Source of the DNA: Candidatus Poribacteria bacterium
GTDB lineage: Bacteria; Poribacteria; WGA-4E; UBA9662
Direction: 5' to 3'
Assembly (NCBI GenBank): GCA_046582655.1
Contig: JAYGDX010000027.1
Span: 89,136 to 153,135 of the forward strand
DNA: 64,000 bases
The translations under genes and the position numbers were made by a program. Below are positions 8,986-19,021 of this stretch, piece by piece. Position 1 is the stretch's first letter. Each line of letters begins with the position of its first letter. The notes below the pieces were generated by a model. It was not told the DNA's origin, did not search any database, and saw nothing but the letters and a program-made list of their open reading frames with translations.

Positions 8986-10302
8986 TTAAGCTTTCAATAT
9001 TCTTCCCCGAAAGACTTCCCCAACAGGCGGTTCTAAGGTGATTGACAGAATTTGATTAATCGCTGAATCCGGGACATCGGCGGCGACCCGCAGATAATTT
9101 CCGCTGAACCCAGTTAGCAGATTGTCTTTATCTTCCCTACGATTTTCAACTAATACATCCATCGTTTTACCAATCATCCGTTTCCGAAATGCCACGCTGA
9201 GTTTATTGCCGAGATCAATCATCCATCTGCTGCGTTCAGCGGAGACTTGGGGCTGAACCTGATTTGGATAGTCTGCGGCCGGTGTATTCCGGCGTGGTGA
9301 ATACCGAAACACATGCAGTTGGCTGAAACTCATTTCTTCTACAAAAGATGAGGAATCTTCAAAATCCTGATCTGTCTCTCCTGGGAATCCAACCATAATA
9401 TCTGTTGTGATTCCAACGTCTGGAAACAGAGATTTCAGTTTTTCAACAAGTCCAGCATATTCTTCAGTTGTGTATCGACGACGCATTCGCATCAAAGTTT
9501 GATCCGATCCTGCCTGTAAGGGAAGGTGAAAATGTGGTTGGCATTTTGGCAATTCTGCCATGCAGACAGCCAAGTTCTGCGGGAAATTCATCGGTTCAAT
9601 TGAACTAAACCGGATTCGTTCGATGCCGTCAATTGAATGAACCTGTTCAAGAACGTCTGTCAGTGAATGTTTTTTCCCAATATCAAACCCATAAGATGCT
9701 AAGTGAACACCAGTAATAACAATTTCCTTACAATTAGTGGCAGCAATTCTCCCAACTTCTTCCACAATATCCTTCAGCGGTCGACTTGTCATTCGACCAC
9801 GAACGTACGGAATAATACAATACGTGCAAAATGCGCTGCACCCATCCTGTATTTTCACAATAGCACGTGTCCGGTTACCAGAACTGCTTATGCCCATACT
9901 AAAGTTGGCGTGTTCTCGTACTGCATCGTGGATGACTGGTTCAATTTGTAATAATTCTTGATTTGTGACTGTATCTAAATAACGTTGGAAGTCTGCTTTT
10001 TCACGGTTGCCAAACACTAATGATACGCCTGGAATCGTTTCTATGGATTGACGGTCGCTCTCCGCATAACATCCAGTAACAATTATCTTTGCTTTTGGGT
10101 TTTTACGGATGATTCGCCGGATTACTTGACGTGCTTTCTGATCGGCAGAATTTGTTACCGTACAGGTATTAACGACGCAAATGTCTGCATCCTTGTCTAG
10201 GTCAACAATTTCATAACCATTACGTACCATCGTATCATAGATTGTGTTTGAGTCGTATTGGTTGACTTTACAACCAAACGTGAGAATAGATGCTGTCGGC
10301 AT
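8986..10302 (-). CDS. mtaB: tRNA t6A37 methylthiotransferase (radical SAM)
   Basis: TFGCKVNQYD, NTCTVT, KIQDGCSAFCTYCIIP; adjacent to rsmE; start 10302 or 10338. Confidence 0.92.
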   Translation of the reverse strand: MPTASILTFGCKVNQYDSNTIYDTMVRNGYEIVDLDKDADICVVNTCTVTNSADQKARQVIRRIIRKNPKAKIIVTGCYAESDRQSIETIPGVSLVFGNREKADFQRYLDTVTNQELLQIEPVIHDAVREHANFSMGISSSGNRTRAIVKIQDGCSAFCTYCIIPYVRGRMTSRPLKDIVEEVGRIAATNCKEIVITGVHLASYGFDIGKKHSLTDVLEQVHSIDGIERIRFSSIEPMNFPQNLAVCMAELPKCQPHFHLPLQAGSDQTLMRMRRRYTTEEYAGLVEKLKSLFPDVGITTDIMVGFPGETDQDFEDSSSFVEEMSFSQLHVFRYSPRRNTPAADYPNQVQPQVSAERSRWMIDLGNKLSVAFRKRMIGKTMDVLVENRREDKDNLLTGFSGNYLRVAADVPDSAINQILSITLEPPVGEVFRGRILKA

Positions 10303-10303
10303 T

Positions 10304-11047
10304 TTAGTTGCCTTCTCCTGTTCTGAGTTCGTAGACAACTAAAGCTGCTGCCACGATTGCTGCTGTTTCCGTACGAAGAATATTAGTACCTAGAGATACT
10401 GGAACGCAGTTTTCAGCCAGCGCAGCCTCATTTTCCTGATTGGTGAACCCTCCCTCTGGTCCAACCAAGACAGCTACTGAATCCAATGAACCGAAACCGC
10501 GCAGGACAGATTGTATTGACCTTACTTTCTCATTTTCGTAAAGTATGATTGCTTCATCAAAGCCTCCGACCGATAGTAAGCACTCTGTGAAACTCTGGAT
10601 TTGAAGTATTTTAGGAAATCTTAATCTGCGACACTGCTTGGTGGCTTCATTTGCGATTCGTTGCCAGCGAGTATTCTTCTGTATATGGGTTGAAGGTTTC
10701 AAGTTGATGATAGATCTATCTGTGACCATCGGAACAATCTGGTCAACGCCAATTTCTGCTGTCTTTTGCATAACAAGACCCATTTTGCTAGGTTTGATTA
10801 GTGCTTGAAAGAGAGTGACGCTTGGCGAACTTGGAGGATTAAACCCTTGATTGATAATCTCAGCAGAGATTTTGTTTTCATCAACATATTGAAGTGTGGC
10901 AATGTAATAATTGCCATTATCATCAAGAAACCGTACCTGGTCTCCTTGCTGCATCCGTAAAACTGTGGTGATGTGTTTTTGTTCCGAAGCACTACATCGA
11001 ATTTTATTGCCATCAATTTGATCTGACGAAATTATGAAATTACGCAC
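10304..11047 (-). CDS. rsmE: 16S rRNA m3U1498 methyltransferase
   Basis: HITTVLR, QKTAEIG, VGPEGGF, LGTNILRTETA. Confidence 0.95.
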   Translation of the reverse strand: MRNFIISSDQIDGNKIRCSASEQKHITTVLRMQQGDQVRFLDDNGNYYIATLQYVDENKISAEIINQGFNPPSSPSVTLFQALIKPSKMGLVMQKTAEIGVDQIVPMVTDRSIINLKPSTHIQKNTRWQRIANEATKQCRRLRFPKILQIQSFTECLLSVGGFDEAIILYENEKVRSIQSVLRGFGSLDSVAVLVGPEGGFTNQENEAALAENCVPVSLGTNILRTETAAIVAAALVVYELRTGEGN

Positions 11048-11058
11048 TCTATCTGTCC

Positions 11059-11712
11059 TTAATGACGAAGTTGATTCATGGCGTCAGCATAGTTACTTTG
11101 CTTGAAGACCGCTGTGCCAGCAACCAATATCGTCGCGCCCCGTTCAATGACGAGCGGGGCCGTTTTCTCATTAATACCACCATCCACCTCCAAATCAATA
11201 GGCTTGCCAATTTCCTTAATTTTTTGATCAACATAGCTGATTTTGTCGAGGGTGTCCGGTATGAACTTCTGACCGCCAAAACCGGGTTCAACGCTCATTA
11301 GGAGAACTAGATCTAAGTCTGGAAGATATGGATCAATCACTGAAATTGGGGTTTGAGGGCGAGTAGCCAAACCCACTTGTACATTGAATGACTTTATTTT
11401 TTCAATCACAACATCAATCGGGGCAGTCACAATCTCAGTGTGAATGGTAATTAGGTCTGCTCCTGCGTTAACAAACGATTCGATATAGTCCTGAGGGTGT
11501 GTCATCATCAGATGCACATCAAAAGGAAGTTCAGTGTGTCGACGGATTGACTTCACGAGTTCTGCTCCCATAGTCAAATTCGGCACAAAATGCCCATCCA
11601 TTATGTCAAAATGGATCAGGTCAGCACCTGATTCCTCCACTTTCTGTACATCCTCTCCTAGTTGGCTGAAATCTGCTGCAAGTATGGAGGGGGCAATCTT
11701 TACTTTCTTCAT
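11059..11712 (-). CDS. rpe: Ribulose-phosphate 3-epimerase
   Basis: IAPSILAADF, HFDIMDGHFVPN, MSVEPGFGGQ, VDGGIN. Confidence 0.97.
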   Translation of the reverse strand: MKKVKIAPSILAADFSQLGEDVQKVEESGADLIHFDIMDGHFVPNLTMGAELVKSIRRHTELPFDVHLMMTHPQDYIESFVNAGADLITIHTEIVTAPIDVVIEKIKSFNVQVGLATRPQTPISVIDPYLPDLDLVLLMSVEPGFGGQKFIPDTLDKISYVDQKIKEIGKPIDLEVDGGINEKTAPLVIERGATILVAGTAVFKQSNYADAMNQLRH

Positions 11713-12707
11713 TGAATCTCTTGATGTTTGACAAGCTGACCATCTTCGTATATTGAGATACGGGCGTTACCAGAAATTTTATATGGTTTACGGATTTTCA
11801 TGCTGGATTCGTAATAAGTATCAACAACTTTCCTTTTGCCAAGCCCATCTTCGATATAGATTTTCAGGTGCTTGGGTTGGTTATCAACGATGATAATATC
11901 ATATCGAATCACATAAAAATGTCCTCTTTTATTTTGGCTTCTATGTGAGCCACTGACTTCAAGATTAATCTGTTGCCCAACGTGGATCAACGTTCCCATA
12001 GCTGGTTGATGATTGACAATTTGTCCATGCGGAATTTCAGGATGAAGAACATAATCTACTGACTGAATTTTGAATCCATGAGATTTGAGAATTGAGCGCA
12101 CGTCATTCACTAGCATTCCCTGTAGATCTGGCATTTCAAATGCCTGAGGCCGAACACCTAGACTCAAAAGTAGGCTGACAGCTCCCGACCTTTGGAGTGC
12201 TGTGTCTGCAGGTGGGGTCTGGGCGATGACTGTGTTTTCCTTTGGATGTTGGTTTGAATAAACGGTGGCAACATACCCACGTCGGAATTGAGATTCTTGA
12301 AGAATTTTTTCGGCGGCTTGAATGTCCTTACCAGTCATGTTTGGTACACTATTCATCTCACTTCCAGTGCTTAGCACGATTCGAATCGGTTTTGACCGTT
12401 TTACTCTTGTTTTTGACAGTGGGTTTTGAGCCATAACAATGCCTTTAGCATAGACGGCTTTTTGGGTGTTTGGATTGACTGGGCTTGGTTTTTCCTCAAT
12501 TTGGTCGTCCAGTGTTAAACCTATCCCTATGACCGTAGAGGCAGCATTTTGATATGTCTCACCAATGAGTGAAGGGATGGTAACATCCTCAGTCTGGATC
12601 CATTCTGGGATTAGCCAAAAAACAACAAAGAAACCAACACAGTTGATGGTGACAAAGAAAGAAAAATAAATTTTGAAAATCGAATTGAGTATATTATAAA
12701 TCATCAC
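11709..12707 (-). CDS. Membrane-anchored PASTA-domain protein (3 PASTA repeats, no kinase domain)
   Basis: N-terminal TM; IPSLIG, VPNMTG and MPDLQG repeats with QxP motifs. Confidence 0.85.
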   Translation of the reverse strand: MMIYNILNSIFKIYFSFFVTINCVGFFVVFWLIPEWIQTEDVTIPSLIGETYQNAASTVIGIGLTLDDQIEEKPSPVNPNTQKAVYAKGIVMAQNPLSKTRVKRSKPIRIVLSTGSEMNSVPNMTGKDIQAAEKILQESQFRRGYVATVYSNQHPKENTVIAQTPPADTALQRSGAVSLLLSLGVRPQAFEMPDLQGMLVNDVRSILKSHGFKIQSVDYVLHPEIPHGQIVNHQPAMGTLIHVGQQINLEVSGSHRSQNKRGHFYVIRYDIIIVDNQPKHLKIYIEDGLGKRKVVDTYYESSMKIRKPYKISGNARISIYEDGQLVKHQEIQ

Positions 12708-13707
12708 TTTTTTGAGTTGAGGAAATAAATCGATTTCCTGTTTTTATACGATATCCATTGACAAAGTCATGAGCAGACATTTCTTTCTTGGTTGCTGGCT
12801 GCACGCGATTCAGGATCAACTTACCCTGAGCAGTATGCACCGCTATTTGTTTATCCTTACTGATTTCAACCGTTCCTGGCGGGAAAGTTGCGTCACTGTT
12901 GAGGGACATGAGGGAACATGAAAGGATCTTAATATGCAAATTATCCTGCAACAAGTATGTGTGGGCTTGTGGCCAGATTGCAGTTCCTCGTACAAGGTTT
13001 CGAATCTCAACCGCAGATTTATTCCAGTTGATGTTGCCAAGTTCTTTAGTCAGTTGTGGAGCATACGTCGTCTGCGAATCATCCTGCGGTTGATTCACAG
13101 GTAGTTGATCTATTGACTTTCGTAGGGCACGGATCAACAGTTTCGGTGCTAGATTTCCCAGTTGTTGATACAATACCATTGCATCGGTTTCCGAATCAAT
13201 TGTGGTGCGCTCCTGTAAGACAATGTCGCCAGTATCCTCTCCTTCATCAAGCAACATAATTGTAACCCCTGTTTCTGTTTCTCCGTTTATCAGCGCCCAT
13301 TGAATTGGCGCCGCACCCCGGTACTTGGGTAGGAGCGACGGGTGGACATTGAGGCAACCGGATGGAGGAATATCAAGTATGGATCTTGGTAGAATTTGCC
13401 CAAAGGCGACGACAACAATTACATCTGGTTTAAGCCGTTTTAGCTGGCTAACTGTGGATTTTGCTCGTACTTTCTCGGGTTGGAAAATGTTCAGTTTATT
13501 CCTTTCAGCCGCCAGCTTGACAGGGGGCGCCTTTAGTTTCTTTCCTCTGCCGCTCGGTCGATCTGGTTGTGTTATCACTCCGACAATATCGAATTTGTCT
13601 CTGATTAATTTTTCAAGACTTGGAACAGCAAAATCACTGGTCCCCATGAACAAAACACGCATGAAAGTACCTTTGGGAATTCCAAATGAATGCTGGTTTT
13701 CTGACAA
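12694..13707 (-). CDS. fmt: Methionyl-tRNA formyltransferase
   Basis: FMGTSDFA, TQPDRPSGRG, NVHPSLLPKYRGAAPIQ; likely start ATG 13662. Confidence 0.96.
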   Translation of the reverse strand: MSENQHSFGIPKGTFMRVLFMGTSDFAVPSLEKLIRDKFDIVGVITQPDRPSGRGKKLKAPPVKLAAERNKLNIFQPEKVRAKSTVSQLKRLKPDVIVVVAFGQILPRSILDIPPSGCLNVHPSLLPKYRGAAPIQWALINGETETGVTIMLLDEGEDTGDIVLQERTTIDSETDAMVLYQQLGNLAPKLLIRALRKSIDQLPVNQPQDDSQTTYAPQLTKELGNINWNKSAVEIRNLVRGTAIWPQAHTYLLQDNLHIKILSCSLMSLNSDATFPPGTVEISKDKQIAVHTAQGKLILNRVQPATKKEMSAHDFVNGYRIKTGNRFISSTQKSDDL

Positions 13708-13735
13708 TTAGCCAGCAGGTTGTAATTAAATTCTA

Positions 13736-14224
13736 TTAGAATTGAATACCGACAAGCCTTATGGTTGTGTTGTTAGGTAGGCTGACGTTCGGTTCTATTG
13801 GCCTACGCTTGGGAAGACTTTCTTGTGGAATCAATGGTTCGGACCGATCTTTACCGCGCGTTATGTACCAATCTCGTATTCCAATGAAGAGTGAAAAGCA
13901 AGCCGTGCATATGCCGATGACACGAAAATTCTGATCGGAGAGTTTGGGAGAAAACTTATTTTGGTGTATCATTTCAATTCCGCGAACCATGAAAAAGCTG
14001 TGAACTGCGGTGAATGGAAGAGAACTAAGCGTAATAATCTCGAAACGACGCAACGCACTTTCATCATATTCGTTTAGTTCTTCTGACTCTTCTTGACGAG
14101 TCTCTGTTTCTTCATCAATTTCCGGGATTTCTGTTATGGACTGTGAAAAAATACTGTTGTTACAGGTAATGACTAGTGTCAAGAAGATCAGGAATTCGAA
14201 TTTAATTTTTGATCGTTTCTTCAA
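13736..14224 (-). CDS. Hypothetical membrane protein
   Basis: In operon between lspA and fmt; signal-like N-terminus and hydrophobic segments. Confidence 0.6.
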   Translation of the reverse strand: MKKRSKIKFEFLIFLTLVITCNNSIFSQSITEIPEIDEETETRQEESEELNEYDESALRRFEIITLSSLPFTAVHSFFMVRGIEMIHQNKFSPKLSDQNFRVIGICTACFSLFIGIRDWYITRGKDRSEPLIPQESLPKRRPIEPNVSLPNNTTIRLVGIQF

Positions 14225-14702
14225 AATTCAATTTTCGGTTTCGTATTGTGTAGATGATAAGCATACCCGCTCCAATACAAATTGCCGTATCTGCGGTGTT
14301 AAAAGTTGGCCACTTGTACTTAGGTAATATTCCAAATTGAAGGAAATCGATTACCTCACCATACTGGATGCGATCGATCAAATTGCCGATTGCGCCACCT
14401 AAAATAAACCCAAGTCCAACCCGCATCCAGAGACTATGCCGGAATTGAAAATAATAATACGCAATGAAAAGCATTGCTAAAATTGTGGCAGCGATTAGCA
14501 AGGTACGTTGTCCCTGCATTAGACTAAAAGCCGCGCCACTGTTGCGATCATGGCGAAGATTAAAGAATCCTTCAATAACAACAATTTGGTCGTAATAATC
14601 AATACGTTGTTTGATGATTGTTTTGGTGAGTTGATCAAGACAGATAATGAGAATTGAGATTCCAAACAACGGAATAATAGGACGAAAGTAATTCTTTTCC
14701 AT
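14202..14702 (-). CDS. lspA: Lipoprotein signal peptidase II
   Basis: DQLTK, NSGAAFS, GGAIGNLIDR, VIDF, FNTAD. Confidence 0.95.
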   Translation of the reverse strand: MEKNYFRPIIPLFGISILIICLDQLTKTIIKQRIDYYDQIVVIEGFFNLRHDRNSGAAFSLMQGQRTLLIAATILAMLFIAYYYFQFRHSLWMRVGLGFILGGAIGNLIDRIQYGEVIDFLQFGILPKYKWPTFNTADTAICIGAGMLIIYTIRNRKLNFEETIKN

Positions 14703-14716
14703 TTGTTAATTACTGT

Positions 14717-17080
14717 CTAAGCAGTTGCATCTTGATCTTTGCTAATTTTCTCTATGGGGATTTGAGACACCCAATCAAGTAGAAAGATGCTTGATTGGGT
14801 GTCTCCAGTTGGATTAATTTGGTCAGATAGCACTGCATAAGTGTATTCTGCGAGAAACGGCATAATTGGTGCGATACGCTGAAGATATACAATTAGCATG
14901 TGATAGAGGACATTTCGTGTTGATTCGTTAACAGGTAGTGATTTTTTTGTAGTAATTGAATCTTCTAACTGAGGCAGATAATTTTTCCTCAGGAACGTCT
15001 GAGAAAATTCCTTTAGCAAATACCAGCTCCGCCCGAAATCCTGACGTTTGTATGCGCAATCAATTTCTGATAGCATAGTATTAGTATGCGCTAAGGCTTG
15101 GCTATCCAATTCGTTGAGATTACTGATTTTGTGTGAATCCTGCTCGCAATTAAAACCTTTGATCTCGAATGTAATTTGTTGCAAAGTTTCACTAATGTTT
15201 TGATAATCTTTCTGATATTCTTGAAATTGCTGCTCAAGTGAATTCCCATTCAGGTATTCATCTATGGCGAAAATCCGTGCCACGTCAGCAGGATAACGAT
15301 CAACTATTTCTCTATCGGCACCAAGTTGGGCGAAATTTTTGTTTATCTTAGTCATCTCCACTTTTCGATACGGGATTGTTTTATGTAAGGCAATTGAAAC
15401 TAGATTTAGTTGCGCAAACCATTTTGGAAACTCTTCCGAACTATAGAAATAGCAGTTAATTGATTTTGGATAGTTCTTTCCCACGTCAGAATTGTTAATC
15501 TCGTTAATAATAACTGCGAATTTTTCACTTAAGAAGGTCGTTTCTTTATAGAACTTCCTTGAGCCACAATTAGAACATGTTGTTTCGATTGGCAATAGGT
15601 CTTCCGCTTCAAGTTTGAACCAGATATCGTTACCACGACGCGAAATAAGCTCACGAATAGCCTTGAGCGTTTTTGCGTCTGAAAGTTGCGCATTACATTT
15701 CTCGCATTGGAAGATGGGGAAAGGGATACTTCCACTCCGATGACTCGAAACGAGTGGTGGGGGTGTCTGTTGTATCATTTCCTTAATCCAAAGTACGTCT
15801 TCTGCTGGATGATCCTCCCAATTTTGATCACAATTTACCAGTTTGTTGGTAACAGATCTATCAATGTCCAGACTCCATTTATGCACCAGTCGATAGATAA
15901 CACTACACTTTGACATGCTGCAATACGGCAATGGAACTGTACTTTTATTTGTTTGGACCAGATAATTGCGTTTTTCCAATTCAGATTCAATGATTTTCTC
16001 TGACTCCGCAATCTTGAGGCCATAAAACATATGTGTTGTTTCATTGAGGTAGCCAGTATTGTCAATAACACTTGATACTGGTAGCGCCTTGGCTTGTGCT
16101 ATGATATAATGATCTGGATTGTGTCCAGGAGCAATATGTGAAATTCCATCCCGATTATTGGAATCAGACAGTTGGACAATTGGTATATCAGAGGTTAAAA
16201 TCGGATGCTTACAAATACAGTCTGCTACCTGCTCTGAGCCGATAGATCTAATCAACTGCAATTGGCCTCCGAGAGCACCTGAGAGATTTGTTTCAACATC
16301 TGATTCAGCAATAATAACCGTATCTTGGTTCAATTTAGCGATGATATAGCGTTGATCTGTCCTAACACCAATAGCGACTGTGGCCACCACTTGCCAGATT
16401 TCTTTAATGGAAACCACAATGAACATCTCGCTGCCAAGTTCTTCAAATCCGATCTTTATCGGAAACTTAACGTAGCCTGATAACACCTCAGTCGGCCGAA
16501 TCTCAAAATCACTTTCGTCGACTACAGTGTTGCGGTTGTAACACCAAACTTCCAGTTTTTGATCTGTCTCGATTTGTTTTTGTGCCCGGAGTTTGTTGAA
16601 AGAGGATAAGATCTTCGATTCATTTCGGTTACATAAATTCTTTGTGGTATTCTTCCAATTGGCAAACATACCGAGTGCTTCAAGTTCTCGTTTTCTAGCT
16701 TTGATCTCTGTTTGGAAGTACTGCCTATACTGATTCCGAAATGCTAAAATATCGTGCGGTGATTCTTTTGGTTCTGTGTTAAGGATCCGTTGTTGGATGC
16801 CAGGTGCGCAATAGTCCCAGTGTGGTTTGTAATTGACATGTATGTTTTGTTGTAAATTGGTTTTCAGGAATATATCTTGATGAATTCTAGCGGCTAAGTT
16901 ATCAAAATCAAGATTGTCAACAGCGATCGGCATTTCGCGAAGAGTAAAATGTTCTGATTCTGTTCTGTCTATAAGCTTCTCATAAACGTTTAGCTGGCAC
17001 CATTTTTCTAAAATCTGCTCCTCTTGGTGTTGATCTAAAATATGACTCGGCATTGTTGTACCATTCATGATTATTGTCAA
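14717..17080 (-). CDS. Isoleucyl-tRNA synthetase-like protein lacking catalytic motifs (putative pseudo-synthetase)
   Basis: Collinear with IleRS (KPHWDY, LGMFANW, HIAPGH, IPFPIFQCEKC, CSNCG, YPADVAR, IAPIMPFLAE) but HIGH reads DFDN and KMSKS is absent. Confidence 0.85.
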   Translation of the reverse strand: MTIIMNGTTMPSHILDQHQEEQILEKWCQLNVYEKLIDRTESEHFTLREMPIAVDNLDFDNLAARIHQDIFLKTNLQQNIHVNYKPHWDYCAPGIQQRILNTEPKESPHDILAFRNQYRQYFQTEIKARKRELEALGMFANWKNTTKNLCNRNESKILSSFNKLRAQKQIETDQKLEVWCYNRNTVVDESDFEIRPTEVLSGYVKFPIKIGFEELGSEMFIVVSIKEIWQVVATVAIGVRTDQRYIIAKLNQDTVIIAESDVETNLSGALGGQLQLIRSIGSEQVADCICKHPILTSDIPIVQLSDSNNRDGISHIAPGHNPDHYIIAQAKALPVSSVIDNTGYLNETTHMFYGLKIAESEKIIESELEKRNYLVQTNKSTVPLPYCSMSKCSVIYRLVHKWSLDIDRSVTNKLVNCDQNWEDHPAEDVLWIKEMIQQTPPPLVSSHRSGSIPFPIFQCEKCNAQLSDAKTLKAIRELISRRGNDIWFKLEAEDLLPIETTCSNCGSRKFYKETTFLSEKFAVIINEINNSDVGKNYPKSINCYFYSSEEFPKWFAQLNLVSIALHKTIPYRKVEMTKINKNFAQLGADREIVDRYPADVARIFAIDEYLNGNSLEQQFQEYQKDYQNISETLQQITFEIKGFNCEQDSHKISNLNELDSQALAHTNTMLSEIDCAYKRQDFGRSWYLLKEFSQTFLRKNYLPQLEDSITTKKSLPVNESTRNVLYHMLIVYLQRIAPIMPFLAEYTYAVLSDQINPTGDTQSSIFLLDWVSQIPIEKISKDQDATA

Positions 17081-17382
17081 CCAAGCATGCGGGAGATAAA
17101 TTGTAGAAGAAATATAAGGATAATTGGGGAAATATCAAATCCGATGTTCTTCGTCATTGGGCTTATTACACGACGAATTGGATCAAGTACGGGATCAACC
17201 AGTGGACTCGTTGTCCTGTAAACTCTGCGAACCGTCATGTTATGTGAAGTGTGTACAAACCAAGATAAGAGTACATTTACAACAACAATTATTATATAGA
17301 TCCGTATTAACCCGCTCAAAATTAAAGTGATATCCATAAAAAAATCCTTGTGATTTTTATGCCTGCGCAAGTTCTTGGGCAC
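17077..17382 (-). CDS. yggT: YggT family membrane protein
   Basis: LLSWF...DPVLDPIRRVI...GFDISPII. Confidence 0.9.
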   Translation of the reverse strand: MPKNLRRHKNHKDFFMDITLILSGLIRIYIIIVVVNVLLSWFVHTSHNMTVRRVYRTTSPLVDPVLDPIRRVISPMTKNIGFDISPIILIFLLQFISRMLG

Positions 17383-18196
17383 GTTCAGTTGCAGCGATTA
17401 CTGCCGCATTGACAATCGAACGAAACCTGCCCTGTTCCAGTTCGAACAACCCTGCGGCTGTTGTCCCTGCTGGTGTGGTTACCCGACTTTTCCAAATGGC
17501 TGGATGTTCTCCACTCTGGTCGATTATCTTGCTTGCCCCAAGAACTGTCTGGACGGCAAGTTGGTGGGCATCTTCATGAGATAACCCGACATGCACACCT
17601 GCGTCTATGAGTGCTTCTATGAATAGAAAAACGAATGCCGGACCACTGCCGCTTAAACCAGTAACAGCATCTAATTGCTTTTCCTCAGTGATGAAGGAAC
17701 TGCCAACCGCGTTGAAGATCGCCTGTGATTTGGTAAGATGACTTTCATCGGCATAACTGCCGGGTGATATGGCTGTCACTCCCGAACCTACTGTTACAGC
17801 AATGTTGGGCATGACACGAATGACGGGGACAGACTCGGCAAGGTAAGACTCCAGTTTCACAGTTGGGATACCTGCTGCTATTGAGATTAAAAGTTGATTT
17901 GGCTTAACAAGTTCTCTTACCTGTGTGAGGATCCCTGCTACGTTGTTTGGTTTAGCTGAGTAAAGAATAACATCAACTTTTTCGACCAGGTGGTTGACGG
18001 TCTCAACAGCATGGACACCAAGTTCTTGGCACAACTCATCGACTTTTGTTTGATCTACATCTGTGACGAAGATCTGTTCATTGCTCAGCAATTTTTTCGC
18101 CACGCCACGGATTATAGCTGCTCCCATATTACCAATGCCAATAGCGCCAAAATGACCGATAGCGGATGAAGGCGTTTTAAATTGCTTGGGCATCAA
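17357..18196 (-). CDS. proC: Pyrroline-5-carboxylate reductase
   Basis: GIGNMG, ISIAAG, RVMPN, TGLSGSGPA, VTTPAGTT. Confidence 0.96.
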   Translation of the reverse strand: MMPKQFKTPSSAIGHFGAIGIGNMGAAIIRGVAKKLLSNEQIFVTDVDQTKVDELCQELGVHAVETVNHLVEKVDVILYSAKPNNVAGILTQVRELVKPNQLLISIAAGIPTVKLESYLAESVPVIRVMPNIAVTVGSGVTAISPGSYADESHLTKSQAIFNAVGSSFITEEKQLDAVTGLSGSGPAFVFLFIEALIDAGVHVGLSHEDAHQLAVQTVLGASKIIDQSGEHPAIWKSRVTTPAGTTAAGLFELEQGRFRSIVNAAVIAATERAQELAQA

Positions 18197-18900
18197 TTTC
18201 GTTCTCCAAAAATTGATCTGCCAATTCGAATATAGTTTGCTCCTTCCTCAATTGCAACTTCAAAATCGTTTGTCATGCCCATTGACAAACAACCCATATC
18301 AACATTAGTCAGATTCTGTACAGCAATATCATCCCGTAATTCTCTAAGCATAGTAAAGGATGGACGAACAGACTCGGGATCCGGTTCAAATTTGCCAATT
18401 GTCATTAATCCTTTAATTTGAATATTTGAATAAGTTGAAGCTTGCGCAACGAAATCCTTCACTTGATCTGGCATAATACCGAATCTACTTGTGTTGCCAG
18501 AGGTGTTGACTTGAATCAAAATAGGCTTTTGTATTCCCAGATCAGCGGACCTTTGATCTATAGTTCCAACTAATCTTAGGCTGTCAACAGATTGGATAAT
18601 ATCGAAGAATTGGATAGCTTGTTTTATTTTGTTTGTTTGCAGGTGACCAACCATGTGCCATGTTGCTGGGCGATCAATAGCGTCATATTTAACTTTGGCT
18701 TCCTGCACACGGTTTTCACCTATGTGGGTAATACCCGCATCGAGCACTTCATGGATCGCCTCGATCGGTTTCGTTTTCGAGACAGCCACTAGTTGGACCG
18801 AATCGGGATCACGACCAATGCGATTTGCTGTTTTAGCGATTTGTTCTTGAAGACGCGAGATGTTATCGTAGATCGAAGCCAAATTTCGTCCTTGCAACAT
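18193..18900 (-). CDS. yggS: PLP homeostasis protein YggS
   Basis: LVAVSKTKP, GENRVQE, WHMVGHLQTNK, LSMGMTNDF, RIGRSIFG. Confidence 0.96.
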   Translation of the reverse strand: MLQGRNLASIYDNISRLQEQIAKTANRIGRDPDSVQLVAVSKTKPIEAIHEVLDAGITHIGENRVQEAKVKYDAIDRPATWHMVGHLQTNKIKQAIQFFDIIQSVDSLRLVGTIDQRSADLGIQKPILIQVNTSGNTSRFGIMPDQVKDFVAQASTYSNIQIKGLMTIGKFEPDPESVRPSFTMLRELRDDIAVQNLTNVDMGCLSMGMTNDFEVAIEEGANYIRIGRSIFGERN

Positions 18901-19021
18901 AAACCCGTAACTTCCAATACTAGCATATTTTTTTCACCAGTTGCAAGAGCAACTTAAGTTTGAGTGAGTTGTTAATTGACTTCCCAACCACCAATTATAC
19001 TGTGCTATACTTCTGATTATA

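Noticed and set aside
14717..17080. Annotating as functional ileS or as a simple pseudogene
   Set aside because: The catalytic motifs are missing, yet the frame is intact over 787 codons with a conserved scaffold, so neither label fits.
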